Below, piece after piece: positions 18,455-27,566 of a DNA stretch of 64,000 nt. Where the stretch lies: contig OZ253546.1 of the NCBI GenBank assembly GCA_965262585.1, positions 266,547 to 330,546 on the forward strand. Reading direction: 5' to 3'. Made by a program: the position numbers and the translations under genes. Numbering within the stretch: the stretch's first letter is position 1; each line of letters begins with the position of its first letter. The stretch is from Candidatus Poriferihabitaceae bacterium (lineage in GTDB: Bacteria > Pseudomonadota > Gammaproteobacteria > Arenicellales > Poriferihabitantaceae). The notes under the pieces are model-generated. The model was not told where the DNA came from, did no database searches, and saw only the letters and a list, made by a program, of their open reading frames with translations.

Positions 18455-18496
18455 GCAACTCCACCGCTTCGGACAGGCATGGGGGGCTGTCCCTAC
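18455..18496 (+). repeat. Second REP family unit (gcaactccRccgcttYggacagg-loop-ctgtccctac hairpin)
   Basis: Matches the reverse complement of 50924-50963. Both copies sit between convergent genes and may act as bidirectional terminators. Confidence 0.6.
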
Positions 18497-18565
18497 GAGG
18501 GCGAGGGGGAACGGGAAAGTTGAATTTAACCCGAAGTGTAGTTGCGCCTTAACATCAATGGAACA

Positions 18566-18913
18566 TCAATGGGTGTGGTCTTTGCGGGACACATATACTC
18601 CGTCGTGCTGCTTTAGGAATAAGCGCGGGGCGTCGGGGTGGTTGACTGGTTTTCCGCTGTCATCGCGCATTAGGTTTTGTTCTGATACATAGGCGATATA
18701 ACTTTCGTCGATGTGTTCGGCTTCGGCCAATAGGTGGTAAAATGGCTGTTGGCGTTGCGGACGGATTTTTTCGGGGATGGACTGCAGCCATTCTTCGGTG
18801 CCGCTGAATTCGGAGTCGACATCGAAGACGATGCCCCGAAACGGATACACCCGATGGCGGACTATTTGGCCAATCTGATACTTGGCATTGAAAATCGCCG
18901 CGTTTTTCATCAT
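18566..18913 (-). CDS. hspQ: Heat-shock protein HspQ (YccV, hemimethylated-DNA-binding family)
   Basis: YQIGQIVRHRVYPFRGIVFDVDSEF and QPFYHLLAE match the HspQ pattern. Start chosen at MMKNAA (18913). Confidence 0.8.
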   Translation of the reverse strand: MMKNAAIFNAKYQIGQIVRHRVYPFRGIVFDVDSEFSGTEEWLQSIPEKIRPQRQQPFYHLLAEAEHIDESYIAYVSEQNLMRDDSGKPVNHPDAPRLFLKQHDGVYVSRKDHTH

Positions 18914-19062
18914 GCTTATTCGAATTGACGATATTTCCATACTATACACCTTTTGCGGTTTATTTTCCAGCGCCATCGGCGGTGCCCGGCGGTGTGGTAG
19001 GTTGTGATAATCGGCGATTCTCCCTTATACTTGCCCTGCTCGGCGCAACCCCTCCATCGTGA

Positions 19063-21072
19063 ATGAACCCAGACCCTAATCCAAGCCATAATCCGACACC
19101 ACAAGCGGACACTTTCCCCAAACTGCTGCTCAACAATGCCGCCCAACTGGCGGACAAAGCGGCCATGCGGGAGAAGAAATTCGGCATCTGGCAAATGTGG
19201 AATTGGGGGCAGATACAAGCGGAAATATTCGCCTTCGCCGCCGGGCTGGATGCGCTCGGCTTCGTGGCCGGCGACAAACTGGCGATCATTGGCCGCAACC
19301 GGCCACGGATGTATTGGGGCATGACTGCGGCGCAGTGTCTGCGTGGTATTCCGGTGCCGGTGTATCAAGATTCGGTGGTCGAGGAAATGAAATATGTGCT
19401 CGATCATGCGGAGATCAAGTATGTGCTGGCGGAAGATCAGGAGCAGGTGGATAAGGCGTTGGTCATTATTGGCAACGGAGGTGGCAACGGAGGTGGCAAC
19501 GAGACCGGCAACCCGCCGCACATCGAACAGATTATCTATGCCGACGGGCGCGGGCTGAAGGGCTACGACAAAACCCGACTCCACGACTTTGAGGAAGTGC
19601 AACGGCGGGGGCGGGAATTGCTGGCTGACAACCCAACTTTGCTGGATGCGCCCATTGCCGAGGCGAGTGGCGCCGACACCGCCATCATCTTGTACACCTC
19701 CGGCACCACCGGCCGTCCCAAAGGCGTGGTTCTCAGCAACGACAACATCATCCTCACCTCACGCAACAGCAGCGCGTGCGACCACCTTACCGCCGATGAG
19801 GAAACCTTGTCCTACCTGCCCATGGCGTGGGTCGGCGACAATATCTTTTCCTACGGACAGGCATCGGTTGCCGGATTTTGCATTAACTGCCCGGAAAGCG
19901 AGGCCACCATAGCCCAGGATTTGCGGGAAATCGGGCCGACCTATTATTTTGCCCCCCCGCGCATTTTCGAAAACCTGCTGACCAGCGTCATGATTCGTAT
20001 GGAAGACGCGGGACCTTTCAAGCAGCGCATGTTTCATTACTTCATGTCGGTGGCGCACAAGGTCGGCGGGCGCATTCTGAACGGCCAATCGGTGGCACCG
20101 GCCGATCGCTTTAAATACTGGCTCGGCAATCTGCTCATTTATGCCCCCCTCAAAAACACCATGGGCTTCAGCCGCATCCGCCTCGCCTACACCGCCGGCG
20201 AAGCCATCGGCCCGGAAATTTTTGACTTCTATCGCTCCCTCGGCATCAACATCAAGCAGTTATACGGACAGACCGAAGCCTCGGTGTTCGTGACCATGCA
20301 GCCGGACGGCGAAGTGTATGCCGACACCGTGGGAGTGCCGGCGCCGGAGGTGGAAGTTAAAATCACCGAAGACGGCGAAGTAATCTATCGCGGCCCCGGA
20401 GTGTTCCAGCATTATTTCAAGAACGAGGAAGCCACCGCAAAAACCAAAGACCGCGAAAACTGGGTGAAGACCGGGGACGCCGGTTACTTCGACGACCACG
20501 GACACCTGAAAATCATCGACCGCGCCGGGGATGTAGGCAAACTCAACGATGGCTCATTGTTCTCGCCCAAATATCTGGAGAATAAACTCAAGTTTTTTCC
20601 GCAGATTCAGGAGGCGGTAACCTTCGGAGACGGGCGGGATTATGTGGTCGCATTCATCAACATCGACCTCGATGCGGTGAGCAACTGGGCGGAACGCAAC
20701 AACCTTCCGTTTGCCAGTTATCAGGAACTGGCCGCTCATCCGGCGGTATACAAAATGATCCAAAGCAACATCGAAAAGGTCAATCAGGATTTGGCCACCG
20801 ACCGCCAACTGAGTGCTTCGCAGATCCGGCGGTTTTTGATTTTACACAAGGAACTGGACCCCGACGACGGCGAAATGACGCGCACCCGCAAAGTGCGCCG
20901 GGGACCCATATTTGAAAAATATGAAGCGTTGATTCATGCATTGTATTCCGACAAAACCCACTGCCACATCAACACCGAAGTAACCTTCGAGGATGGCCGC
21001 CGTGGTTCCATCGAAGCAGATCTTGGAATCTGCGAGCCCGAAACCTATCCGCCCCTGGCCCGGGCGGGATAA
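19063..21072 (+). CDS. AMP-dependent acyl-CoA synthetase (long-chain-fatty-acid-CoA-ligase-like)
   Basis: AMP-binding motif ILYTSGTTGRPKGVVLS, plus YGQTEA and GYFDDHGHLKIIDRAGD. 669 aa. Contains the in-frame GNGGGNGGGNETGN insert. Confidence 0.85.
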   Translation: MNPDPNPSHNPTPQADTFPKLLLNNAAQLADKAAMREKKFGIWQMWNWGQIQAEIFAFAAGLDALGFVAGDKLAIIGRNRPRMYWGMTAAQCLRGIPVPVYQDSVVEEMKYVLDHAEIKYVLAEDQEQVDKALVIIGNGGGNGGGNETGNPPHIEQIIYADGRGLKGYDKTRLHDFEEVQRRGRELLADNPTLLDAPIAEASGADTAIILYTSGTTGRPKGVVLSNDNIILTSRNSSACDHLTADEETLSYLPMAWVGDNIFSYGQASVAGFCINCPESEATIAQDLREIGPTYYFAPPRIFENLLTSVMIRMEDAGPFKQRMFHYFMSVAHKVGGRILNGQSVAPADRFKYWLGNLLIYAPLKNTMGFSRIRLAYTAGEAIGPEIFDFYRSLGINIKQLYGQTEASVFVTMQPDGEVYADTVGVPAPEVEVKITEDGEVIYRGPGVFQHYFKNEEATAKTKDRENWVKTGDAGYFDDHGHLKIIDRAGDVGKLNDGSLFSPKYLENKLKFFPQIQEAVTFGDGRDYVVAFINIDLDAVSNWAERNNLPFASYQELAAHPAVYKMIQSNIEKVNQDLATDRQLSASQIRRFLILHKELDPDDGEMTRTRKVRRGPIFEKYEALIHALYSDKTHCHINTEVTFEDGRRGSIEADLGICEPETYPPLARAG

Positions 21073-21092
21073 CCGCAACGGAGTATATTAAC

Positions 21093-21866
21093 ATGACGGA
21101 TGTGCTGCTTTCGGTGGACAACGTTTCGCTGTCATTCGGCGGGGTTGCCGCGCTCACCGACATCAGTTGCGACATTCGTGAGGGCGAGATCCGTGCTATC
21201 ATCGGCCCCAACGGCGCGGGCAAGTCGTCCATGCTTAATGTCATCAACGGTTTTTATCACCCCCAGAAAGGGGAAGTGTGGTTTCAGGGCAAGAAGCGAG
21301 GCCCGTTGAAACCGTTTCAGATCGCGCGTCAGGGCATCGCCCGGACTTTCCAGAACATCGCATTGTTCAAGGGCATGTCAACGCTGGACAACATCATGAC
21401 CGGCCGCATCACGCACATGCACGCCAACCTGTTCTGGCAGGCGGTGTGGGTGGGCAAGGCTGAACGGGAAGAGATCGAACACCGCGAAAAGGTCGAACAC
21501 ATCATTGACTTCCTCGAAATTCAATCGATCCGCAAGACCCCGGTGGGACGCCTGCCCTACGGATTGCAAAAGCGCGTTGAACTGGGGCGCGCGCTGGCGG
21601 CGGAATCCAAACTGCTGCTACTGGACGAGCCGATGGCGGGGATGAACCTTGAGGAGAAGGAAGATATGTGCCGCTTTGTCCTCGATGTGAACGATGAATT
21701 CGGCGCCACCATCGCCCTCATCGAACACGACATGGGCGTGGTCATGGACTTGGCCGACCGGGTGATGGTGCTGGATTACGGCCGCAAAATCGGCGACGGT
21801 GTGCCCAACGAAATCCGCAACGATCAGGCGGTGATCGACGCCTACCTCGGAGTCATCCATGAATAA
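21093..21866 (+). CDS. Branched-chain-type ABC transporter ATP-binding protein (LivG-like)
   Basis: Walker A GPNGAGKSS, signature LPYGLQKRVELGRAL, Walker B LLLLDEPMAGMN. Confidence 0.9.
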   Translation: MTDVLLSVDNVSLSFGGVAALTDISCDIREGEIRAIIGPNGAGKSSMLNVINGFYHPQKGEVWFQGKKRGPLKPFQIARQGIARTFQNIALFKGMSTLDNIMTGRITHMHANLFWQAVWVGKAEREEIEHREKVEHIIDFLEIQSIRKTPVGRLPYGLQKRVELGRALAAESKLLLLDEPMAGMNLEEKEDMCRFVLDVNDEFGATIALIEHDMGVVMDLADRVMVLDYGRKIGDGVPNEIRNDQAVIDAYLGVIHE

Positions 21867-21902
21867 CCGCGCACATTTTCCGACAGTCGGGCGACGTGCC
21901 TC

Positions 21903-22904
21903 ATGAACCCGCAATTCCTCAATACCATCGAAGTCATTGCCAACGGCTTGATGACCGGGGTGATGTATTCCCTGGTCGCTTTGGGATTTGTTTTGATTTT
22001 CAAGGCTTCGGGCATATTCAACTACGCACAAGGCGTCATGGCGTTATTCGCAGCCCTTACGCTGGTGGGATTTCAGACCGGCCAAGTGCCTTTCGCGCAC
22101 CTCATCAACGCCATTTTCGGCACCGAATACCACTACTGGTCGAGCGGCATGAATAATTTCCTCGCCATCGTTCTGGCGATACTGATGATGATTTTATTCG
22201 CCTGGCTGGTGGAGAAACTGGTGCTGCGGCGGTTGGTCAATCAACAACCCATCATCCTGTTCATGGCCACCATCGGCCTTGCGTTTTTCATGGAAGGGCT
22301 CGGCGATTTGATGTGGGGCGCCGACATCAAGGTGCTGGACATCGGCTTGCCTTCCGGCGGCTCGCTGTGGTGGGAAAGCGTAACCCGCACCTGGGTGGTG
22401 GAAGGCGCTGATTATTATGGTATGTATATCGACGTTCTCGATGTGTGGGCTTCCGGCATTGCCGTGATGCTGGTGATAGTGCTGACGCTGTTTTCCCAAT
22501 ATACCCGCACCGGGAGAGCGTTGCGGGCGGTGGCCGACGACCATCAAGCGGCCTTGAGCGTAGGCATTTCACTGCGCATCATCTGGGTTATCGTGTGGTC
22601 CATCGCCGGGGTGGTGGCGCTGGTCGCCGGCATTATGTGGGGCGCCAAATCCGGGGTGCAGTTTTCGCTTTCGCTGATCGCGCTCAAGGCATTACCGGTG
22701 TTGATTCTCGGCGGCTTCACCTCGATACCCGGTGCTATCATCGGCGGGTTGATCATCGGTGTCGGCGAAAAACTGTTTGAATTTTCCATCGGCCCGCTGA
22801 TTGGCGGCGCCACCGAAAACTGGTTTGCCTATGTATTGGCACTGGCCTTTTTAATGTTTCGCCCACAAGGTTTGTTCGGCGAAAAAATCATCGAGCGAGT
22901 TTGA
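21903..22904 (+). CDS. ABC transporter permease (LivH-like)
   Basis: 333-aa polytopic protein in operon position with the LivG/M/F-like genes. Confidence 0.8.
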   Translation: MNPQFLNTIEVIANGLMTGVMYSLVALGFVLIFKASGIFNYAQGVMALFAALTLVGFQTGQVPFAHLINAIFGTEYHYWSSGMNNFLAIVLAILMMILFAWLVEKLVLRRLVNQQPIILFMATIGLAFFMEGLGDLMWGADIKVLDIGLPSGGSLWWESVTRTWVVEGADYYGMYIDVLDVWASGIAVMLVIVLTLFSQYTRTGRALRAVADDHQAALSVGISLRIIWVIVWSIAGVVALVAGIMWGAKSGVQFSLSLIALKALPVLILGGFTSIPGAIIGGLIIGVGEKLFEFSIGPLIGGATENWFAYVLALAFLMFRPQGLFGEKIIERV

Positions 22905-22906
22905 CT

Positions 22907-23983
22907 ATGTTTTACCGAGAATCAGGAAACTTTAGAACCACCTACGCAAAAGACCAGCAGACCTTTCCGCTGAAAGTGGACCGCTGGACGGTGCTGGTGG
23001 TGGTGGCACTGGCGTTTTTCGTGGTGCCGTTGGTGATCAACGATTACTGGGAAAAATCCGTGCTGGTGCCGTTTCTGGTGTGGTCGATGGCAGCCATCGG
23101 CCTGAATATCCTGACCGGCTATTGCGGACAAGTAAGCCTCGGCACCGGCGGGTTTATGGCGGTGGGCGCCTACGCCTGCTATAAGTTAATGACCGCCTTC
23201 CCCGAATTGAACATGCTACTGGTGGTGATTATGTCCGGCGGCATCACCGCCGCAGTGGGCATAATCTTCGGCCTGCCGAGCCTTAAGATTAAAGGTTTCT
23301 ACCTCGCGGTGGCGACGCTGGCGGCGCAGTTTTTTCTGGTCTGGTTATTCAATAAAGTCCCGTGGTTTTACAACTACTCGGCCTCGGGCCAAATAACCGC
23401 GCCACAACGCACGATGTTCGGCGTTGCGGTTACCGGCGCCTCCGCCCCGCCGTGGGCGACCTACCTGTTCTGTCTGGTGGTGGTGTCGATCTTCGCGCTA
23501 ATCGCCCGCAACCTCACTCGCGGGCGCATTGGCCGCTCGTGGATGGCCATCCGCGATATGGACATCGCCGCGGAAATTATCGGCGTGTCGCCGCTGGCAG
23601 CCAAACTTTCGGCATTCGCCATCAGTTCATTTTATATCGGCGTCTCCGGGGCGATGTTCTTCTCGGTCTATCTGGGCGCCGCCGAAGGCACCGAAGTATT
23701 TGGCATTGATAAGTCGTTTTTAGTGCTGTTTATGATTATCATTGGCGGACTCGGCTCGGTCTTCGGGGCATTCATCGGTGCGGCCTTTCTGACCCTGCTA
23801 CCGGTATTGATGAAAAATTTAATGGTGGGCGGCCTCGGCTGGCCCACGGATCTGGCCGGGCATGCCATCTTTGTGGCGATTGGTGCGCTGATCATCTTTT
23901 TTCTTATCGTCGAACCCAACGGGCTTGCCCAGTTGTGGCGAATTGCGAAAGAGAAATTGAGACTTTGGCCGTTTCCACATTAA
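22907..23983 (+). CDS. ABC transporter permease (LivM-like)
   Basis: Polytopic protein containing GYCGQVSLGTGGFMAVGAY, typical of LivM. ATG 22907 is preferred over the ORF-track TTG 22901. Confidence 0.8.
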   Translation: MFYRESGNFRTTYAKDQQTFPLKVDRWTVLVVVALAFFVVPLVINDYWEKSVLVPFLVWSMAAIGLNILTGYCGQVSLGTGGFMAVGAYACYKLMTAFPELNMLLVVIMSGGITAAVGIIFGLPSLKIKGFYLAVATLAAQFFLVWLFNKVPWFYNYSASGQITAPQRTMFGVAVTGASAPPWATYLFCLVVVSIFALIARNLTRGRIGRSWMAIRDMDIAAEIIGVSPLAAKLSAFAISSFYIGVSGAMFFSVYLGAAEGTEVFGIDKSFLVLFMIIIGGLGSVFGAFIGAAFLTLLPVLMKNLMVGGLGWPTDLAGHAIFVAIGALIIFFLIVEPNGLAQLWRIAKEKLRLWPFPH

Positions 23984-24051
23984 AATCAAACCTAACGTTC
24001 AATCAGATATACAATCGCTATCAGCCTTACAACCCCTTGAGGAATTAAAAA

Positions 24052-25380
24052 ATGAAATCTACTGCTTCCAAACTAATCATCGCCGCTGTCGTAGTCGCGG
24101 TGGGCGTGGGAATTTATCTCACGCAAAAACCCGGCGGCGAAGAAGTCGCCGGCGATGCCGAACTGGTGTTTCCGTCCCTCAGTTACCGCACCGGCCCCTA
24201 CGCACCGAACGGCATTCCGTTTGCCGATGGTTACGCCGACTACTTCGCTTTGTTAAACGAGCGTGACGGCGGTATCGGCGGCGTGCCTATCAGGGTCATC
24301 GAGTGCGAGACCGGTTACAACACCGAAAAAGGTGTCGAATGCTACGAATCCACCAAGGGCGAAGGCGCGCTGGTCTATCAACCCCTGTCCACGGGCATCA
24401 CCTACCAACTAATCCCCAAGGTCACGGCGGACGACATACCGATGCACTCCATGGGATACGGCCGCACTTCCGCCGCCAACGGCAAAGTGTTCAGCCACAT
24501 CTTCAACTATCCCGGCACTTACTGGGATGCGGCTTCCATCATCATCAAGCACATCAACGAACAGGAAGGCGGCAACCTGAGCGACAAGAAAATCGCGCTG
24601 ATATATCACAACTCCGCCTACGGCAAAGAGCCGATCCGCACCCTTGAAAAACTGGCGGAAAAACACGGCTATGCGTTGTCCCTGCTGCCGGTTGACCATC
24701 CCGGTCAGGAGCAGAAATCGCAATGGCTGCAGATTCGCCGGGAGCGCCCCGACTATGTACTGATGTGGGGCTGGGGCGTGATGAATCAGGTCGCCATCAA
24801 GGAAGCGACCAACATTCGCTATCCGATGGACCGCTTTATCGGCGTGTGGTGGTCGGCCTCTGAAAACGATGTGCTGCCCGCCGGAGAAGGCGCGAACGGC
24901 TACAAAGCCGTCGCCTTCCACGGCGTGGGGAACGATTTCCCCATTTACGACGACCTCAAAAAATATGTCGTAGACACGGGCAATGCCGCCGGTGACGGTT
25001 CTAATCTTGGCACGGTGCTGTACAACCGTGGCATGTATGCGGCCATCCTCGCCGCCGAAGCGGCGGCCACCGCCCAGAAGATCCACAACACCAAAAACAT
25101 CACTTCGGGGCAGATGCGAGACGGCATGGAAGCACTCAAAATCGATCAAGCCCGCATGGCCGCTCTGGGCGTGCCTGACTTCGGCCCCGAAATCAATGTG
25201 ACCTGCGCCAATCACGGTGGCCCCGGGTTGGGCGCAATTCAGCAGTGGGATGCCAAACTCAAATCCTGGTCGCTGATCACCGATTTCACCGGCGCCGACC
25301 GTTCTATCGTCGATCCGTTGATCGCCGAAGACTCCAAAGCATACGCCGAGGAAAACTCCATCACTCCGCGGGATTGCTAA
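24052..25380 (+). CDS. Type I periplasmic substrate-binding protein (LivK/amide-urea-aromatic-acid family)
   Basis: N-terminal anchor/signal KLIIAAVVVAVGVGIYL. 442 aa. Lies between the permease and ATPase genes of a Liv-type system. Confidence 0.75.
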   Translation: MKSTASKLIIAAVVVAVGVGIYLTQKPGGEEVAGDAELVFPSLSYRTGPYAPNGIPFADGYADYFALLNERDGGIGGVPIRVIECETGYNTEKGVECYESTKGEGALVYQPLSTGITYQLIPKVTADDIPMHSMGYGRTSAANGKVFSHIFNYPGTYWDAASIIIKHINEQEGGNLSDKKIALIYHNSAYGKEPIRTLEKLAEKHGYALSLLPVDHPGQEQKSQWLQIRRERPDYVLMWGWGVMNQVAIKEATNIRYPMDRFIGVWWSASENDVLPAGEGANGYKAVAFHGVGNDFPIYDDLKKYVVDTGNAAGDGSNLGTVLYNRGMYAAILAAEAAATAQKIHNTKNITSGQMRDGMEALKIDQARMAALGVPDFGPEINVTCANHGGPGLGAIQQWDAKLKSWSLITDFTGADRSIVDPLIAEDSKAYAEENSITPRDC

Positions 25381-25398
25381 CCTTTCAAACGCCCACTA

Positions 25399-25433
25399 GC
25401 GGGAGAGCAGCCCAACCCGAGCCGCTCTCCCGC
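25399..25433 (+). promoter_or_regulatory. Perfect 10-bp stem-loop inside the operon (gcgggagagc-N15-gctctcccgc)
   Basis: Direct reading. It sits 19 nt after the binding-protein stop and 12 nt before the next start, with no T-tract. Confidence 0.5.
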
Positions 25434-25444
25434 ATTCCGCTGTC

Positions 25445-26260
25445 ATGACCACCAACGACAACATCGTCCTCAGCGTAAAAAACATCGAGGTGATTTACGA
25501 TCACGTCATCCTCGTGCTTAAAGGCGTTTCGCTGGACGTGCCCGAAGGTGGAATCGTTGCGCTGGTGGGGGCCAACGGCGCCGGCAAGACCACCACTATC
25601 AAGTCGATCTCCAACCTCCTCGGCACCGAACGGGGCGAGGTGACCAAAGGCTCCATCGAATTTCGCGGCGAACGGGTTGAGCGGCTGACCCCCACGGAAC
25701 TGGTGCGCCGGGGCGTGGTGCAAGTAATGGAAGGGCGTCATTGCTTTGAACACCTGACCGTGGAAGAAAACCTGCTGACCGGCGCCTACACCCGCAAACA
25801 AAATCGCGCCGTCATCGCCCGGGATCTCGAACTCGTATACGGTTATTTCCCGCGCCTCAAGGAACGCCGCAAGAGTCAGGCGGGCTACACTTCCGGCGGC
25901 GAACAACAGATGATTGCGGTGGGACGCGCGCTGATGGCCAAGCCGAAGGTCATCCTGCTGGACGAGCCTTCCATGGGGCTGGCGCCGCAACTGGTACAAG
26001 AAATTTTTGACATCGTCAAAGCACTCAACCACCACGAAGGCGTCACCTTTCTGTTGGCCGAACAAAACACCACCATGGCACTGCGCTACGCCACCTACGG
26101 ATATATCCTTGAAAACGGCCGGGTGGTGATGGACGGAGACGCCAAAACCCTTGCCGAAAATGAAGATGTCAAAGAATTTTATCTGGGCGTGAGCGGCGAG
26201 CATCGGCGAAGTTTCAGGGACGTCAAACAATACCGGCGGCGCAAACGCTGGCTTGCCTGA
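25445..26260 (+). CDS. Branched-chain-type ABC transporter ATP-binding protein (LivF-like)
   Basis: Walker A GANGAGKTT, signature TSGGEQQMIAVGRAL, Walker B ILLDEPSMGLAP. Confidence 0.9.
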   Translation: MTTNDNIVLSVKNIEVIYDHVILVLKGVSLDVPEGGIVALVGANGAGKTTTIKSISNLLGTERGEVTKGSIEFRGERVERLTPTELVRRGVVQVMEGRHCFEHLTVEENLLTGAYTRKQNRAVIARDLELVYGYFPRLKERRKSQAGYTSGGEQQMIAVGRALMAKPKVILLDEPSMGLAPQLVQEIFDIVKALNHHEGVTFLLAEQNTTMALRYATYGYILENGRVVMDGDAKTLAENEDVKEFYLGVSGEHRRSFRDVKQYRRRKRWLA

Positions 26261-26300
26261 AATTTAACCCGGCACCTGCCCGGCATCCAACCCGGCATCC

Positions 26301-27557
26301 ATGACGCCGGGAATAATCACCATGCACGAACCCTACGACCAGATGGAAACCCGCGACCCGGCGGTGCGACAGAGCGAACTCATTAGCCGAGTCGCCGAGT
26401 TGGTGGGACATGCCATAAAAAACTCCCCCGCCTACGGGGGAATACTGGCCGGCATCAACGCCGAAGACCTCACCTCCACCGAAGCCATCGCCGCCCTGCC
26501 CGTAACGCGCAAATCCGACCTCGCGCAACGACAAAAAGCGCAGCCGCCATTCGGCCAACTCGCGGCGTATCCCGAAGGACAACTGAAATACCTATTCGCC
26601 TCCCCCGGCCCGATCTACGAACCGGCGACCTTCCGCGAAAATTACTGGCGTTTCGCACGCGCTTTGTACGCCGCCGGTTTTCGTTATGGCGACTTGGTGC
26701 AAAATTGTTTTTCCTATCACCTGACGCCGGCCGGAATGATGTGCGATTCCGGTTGCCACGCGCTTGGTTGTTCGGTCATCCCCGCCGGAGTCGGCAACAC
26801 CGAGTTGCAAGTTGCGACCATGCAAGACCTGCGACCCAACGCCTACATCGGTACGCCATCTTTTCTCAAAATCATCCTCGACAAAGCCGAGCAGATGAAT
26901 GCCGACGTTTCCAGTGTGCGCAAGGCGTTAGTGTCCGGTGAAGCGTTGCCGCCTTCGACCCGTCGACACCTCACAGAACGCGGCATCGCCACGCTGCAAG
27001 CCTACGCCACCGCCGACCTCGGTTTAATCGCCTATGAATCCATCGCCGACCACGGCTTGATTATCGATGAAGAGGTATACCTCGAAATCGTACGCCCCGG
27101 CAGCGGCGAGCCGGTCGCGGATTTTGAGGTCGGCGAAGTCGTGGTGACCGCATTCAATCCCGACTATCCGCTGATCCGTTTTGCCACCGGCGACCTGTCG
27201 GCGATTATGCCCGGCCTCAGCGAATGCGGCCGCACCAACCGCCGCATCCGAGGCTGGATGGGACGCGCCGACCAGACCGCCAAAGTGCGGGGAATGTTCA
27301 TTCACCCGTCACAAATCCACCAACTGATCAAACGCCACCCACAAATCACCCGCGCGCGACTGGTGATCGACTGGATAGACGAAAGCGACCACCTAACCCT
27401 AAAATGCGAAACCCACAACCCCGACCCATCGCTACCAACAACCATCGCCAACAGCATCCGCGACTTATGCAAAGTACGCGGCGAAGTCAAACTAGTAAAA
27501 CCCGGCAGCCTCCCCAATGACGGCATCATTATCGATGACATCCGCAAGTATGAATAG
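26301..27557 (+). CDS. Phenylacetate-CoA-ligase-family (PaaK / F390-synthetase-like) adenylating enzyme
   Basis: ~418 aa. PaaK-like layout (YDQMETRD N-terminus, GTPSFL, SGEALP, RFATGDL, GRADQTAKVRGMFIHP). Confidence 0.7.
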   Translation: MTPGIITMHEPYDQMETRDPAVRQSELISRVAELVGHAIKNSPAYGGILAGINAEDLTSTEAIAALPVTRKSDLAQRQKAQPPFGQLAAYPEGQLKYLFASPGPIYEPATFRENYWRFARALYAAGFRYGDLVQNCFSYHLTPAGMMCDSGCHALGCSVIPAGVGNTELQVATMQDLRPNAYIGTPSFLKIILDKAEQMNADVSSVRKALVSGEALPPSTRRHLTERGIATLQAYATADLGLIAYESIADHGLIIDEEVYLEIVRPGSGEPVADFEVGEVVVTAFNPDYPLIRFATGDLSAIMPGLSECGRTNRRIRGWMGRADQTAKVRGMFIHPSQIHQLIKRHPQITRARLVIDWIDESDHLTLKCETHNPDPSLPTTIANSIRDLCKVRGEVKLVKPGSLPNDGIIIDDIRKYE

Positions 27558-27566
27558 CCGAGTGCG

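Noticed and set aside
24409-26230. ORFs 24409-25215(-) and 25385-26230(-)
   Set aside because: They are antisense to the SBP and LivF-like genes, which carry clear family motifs. The antisense ORFs have none.
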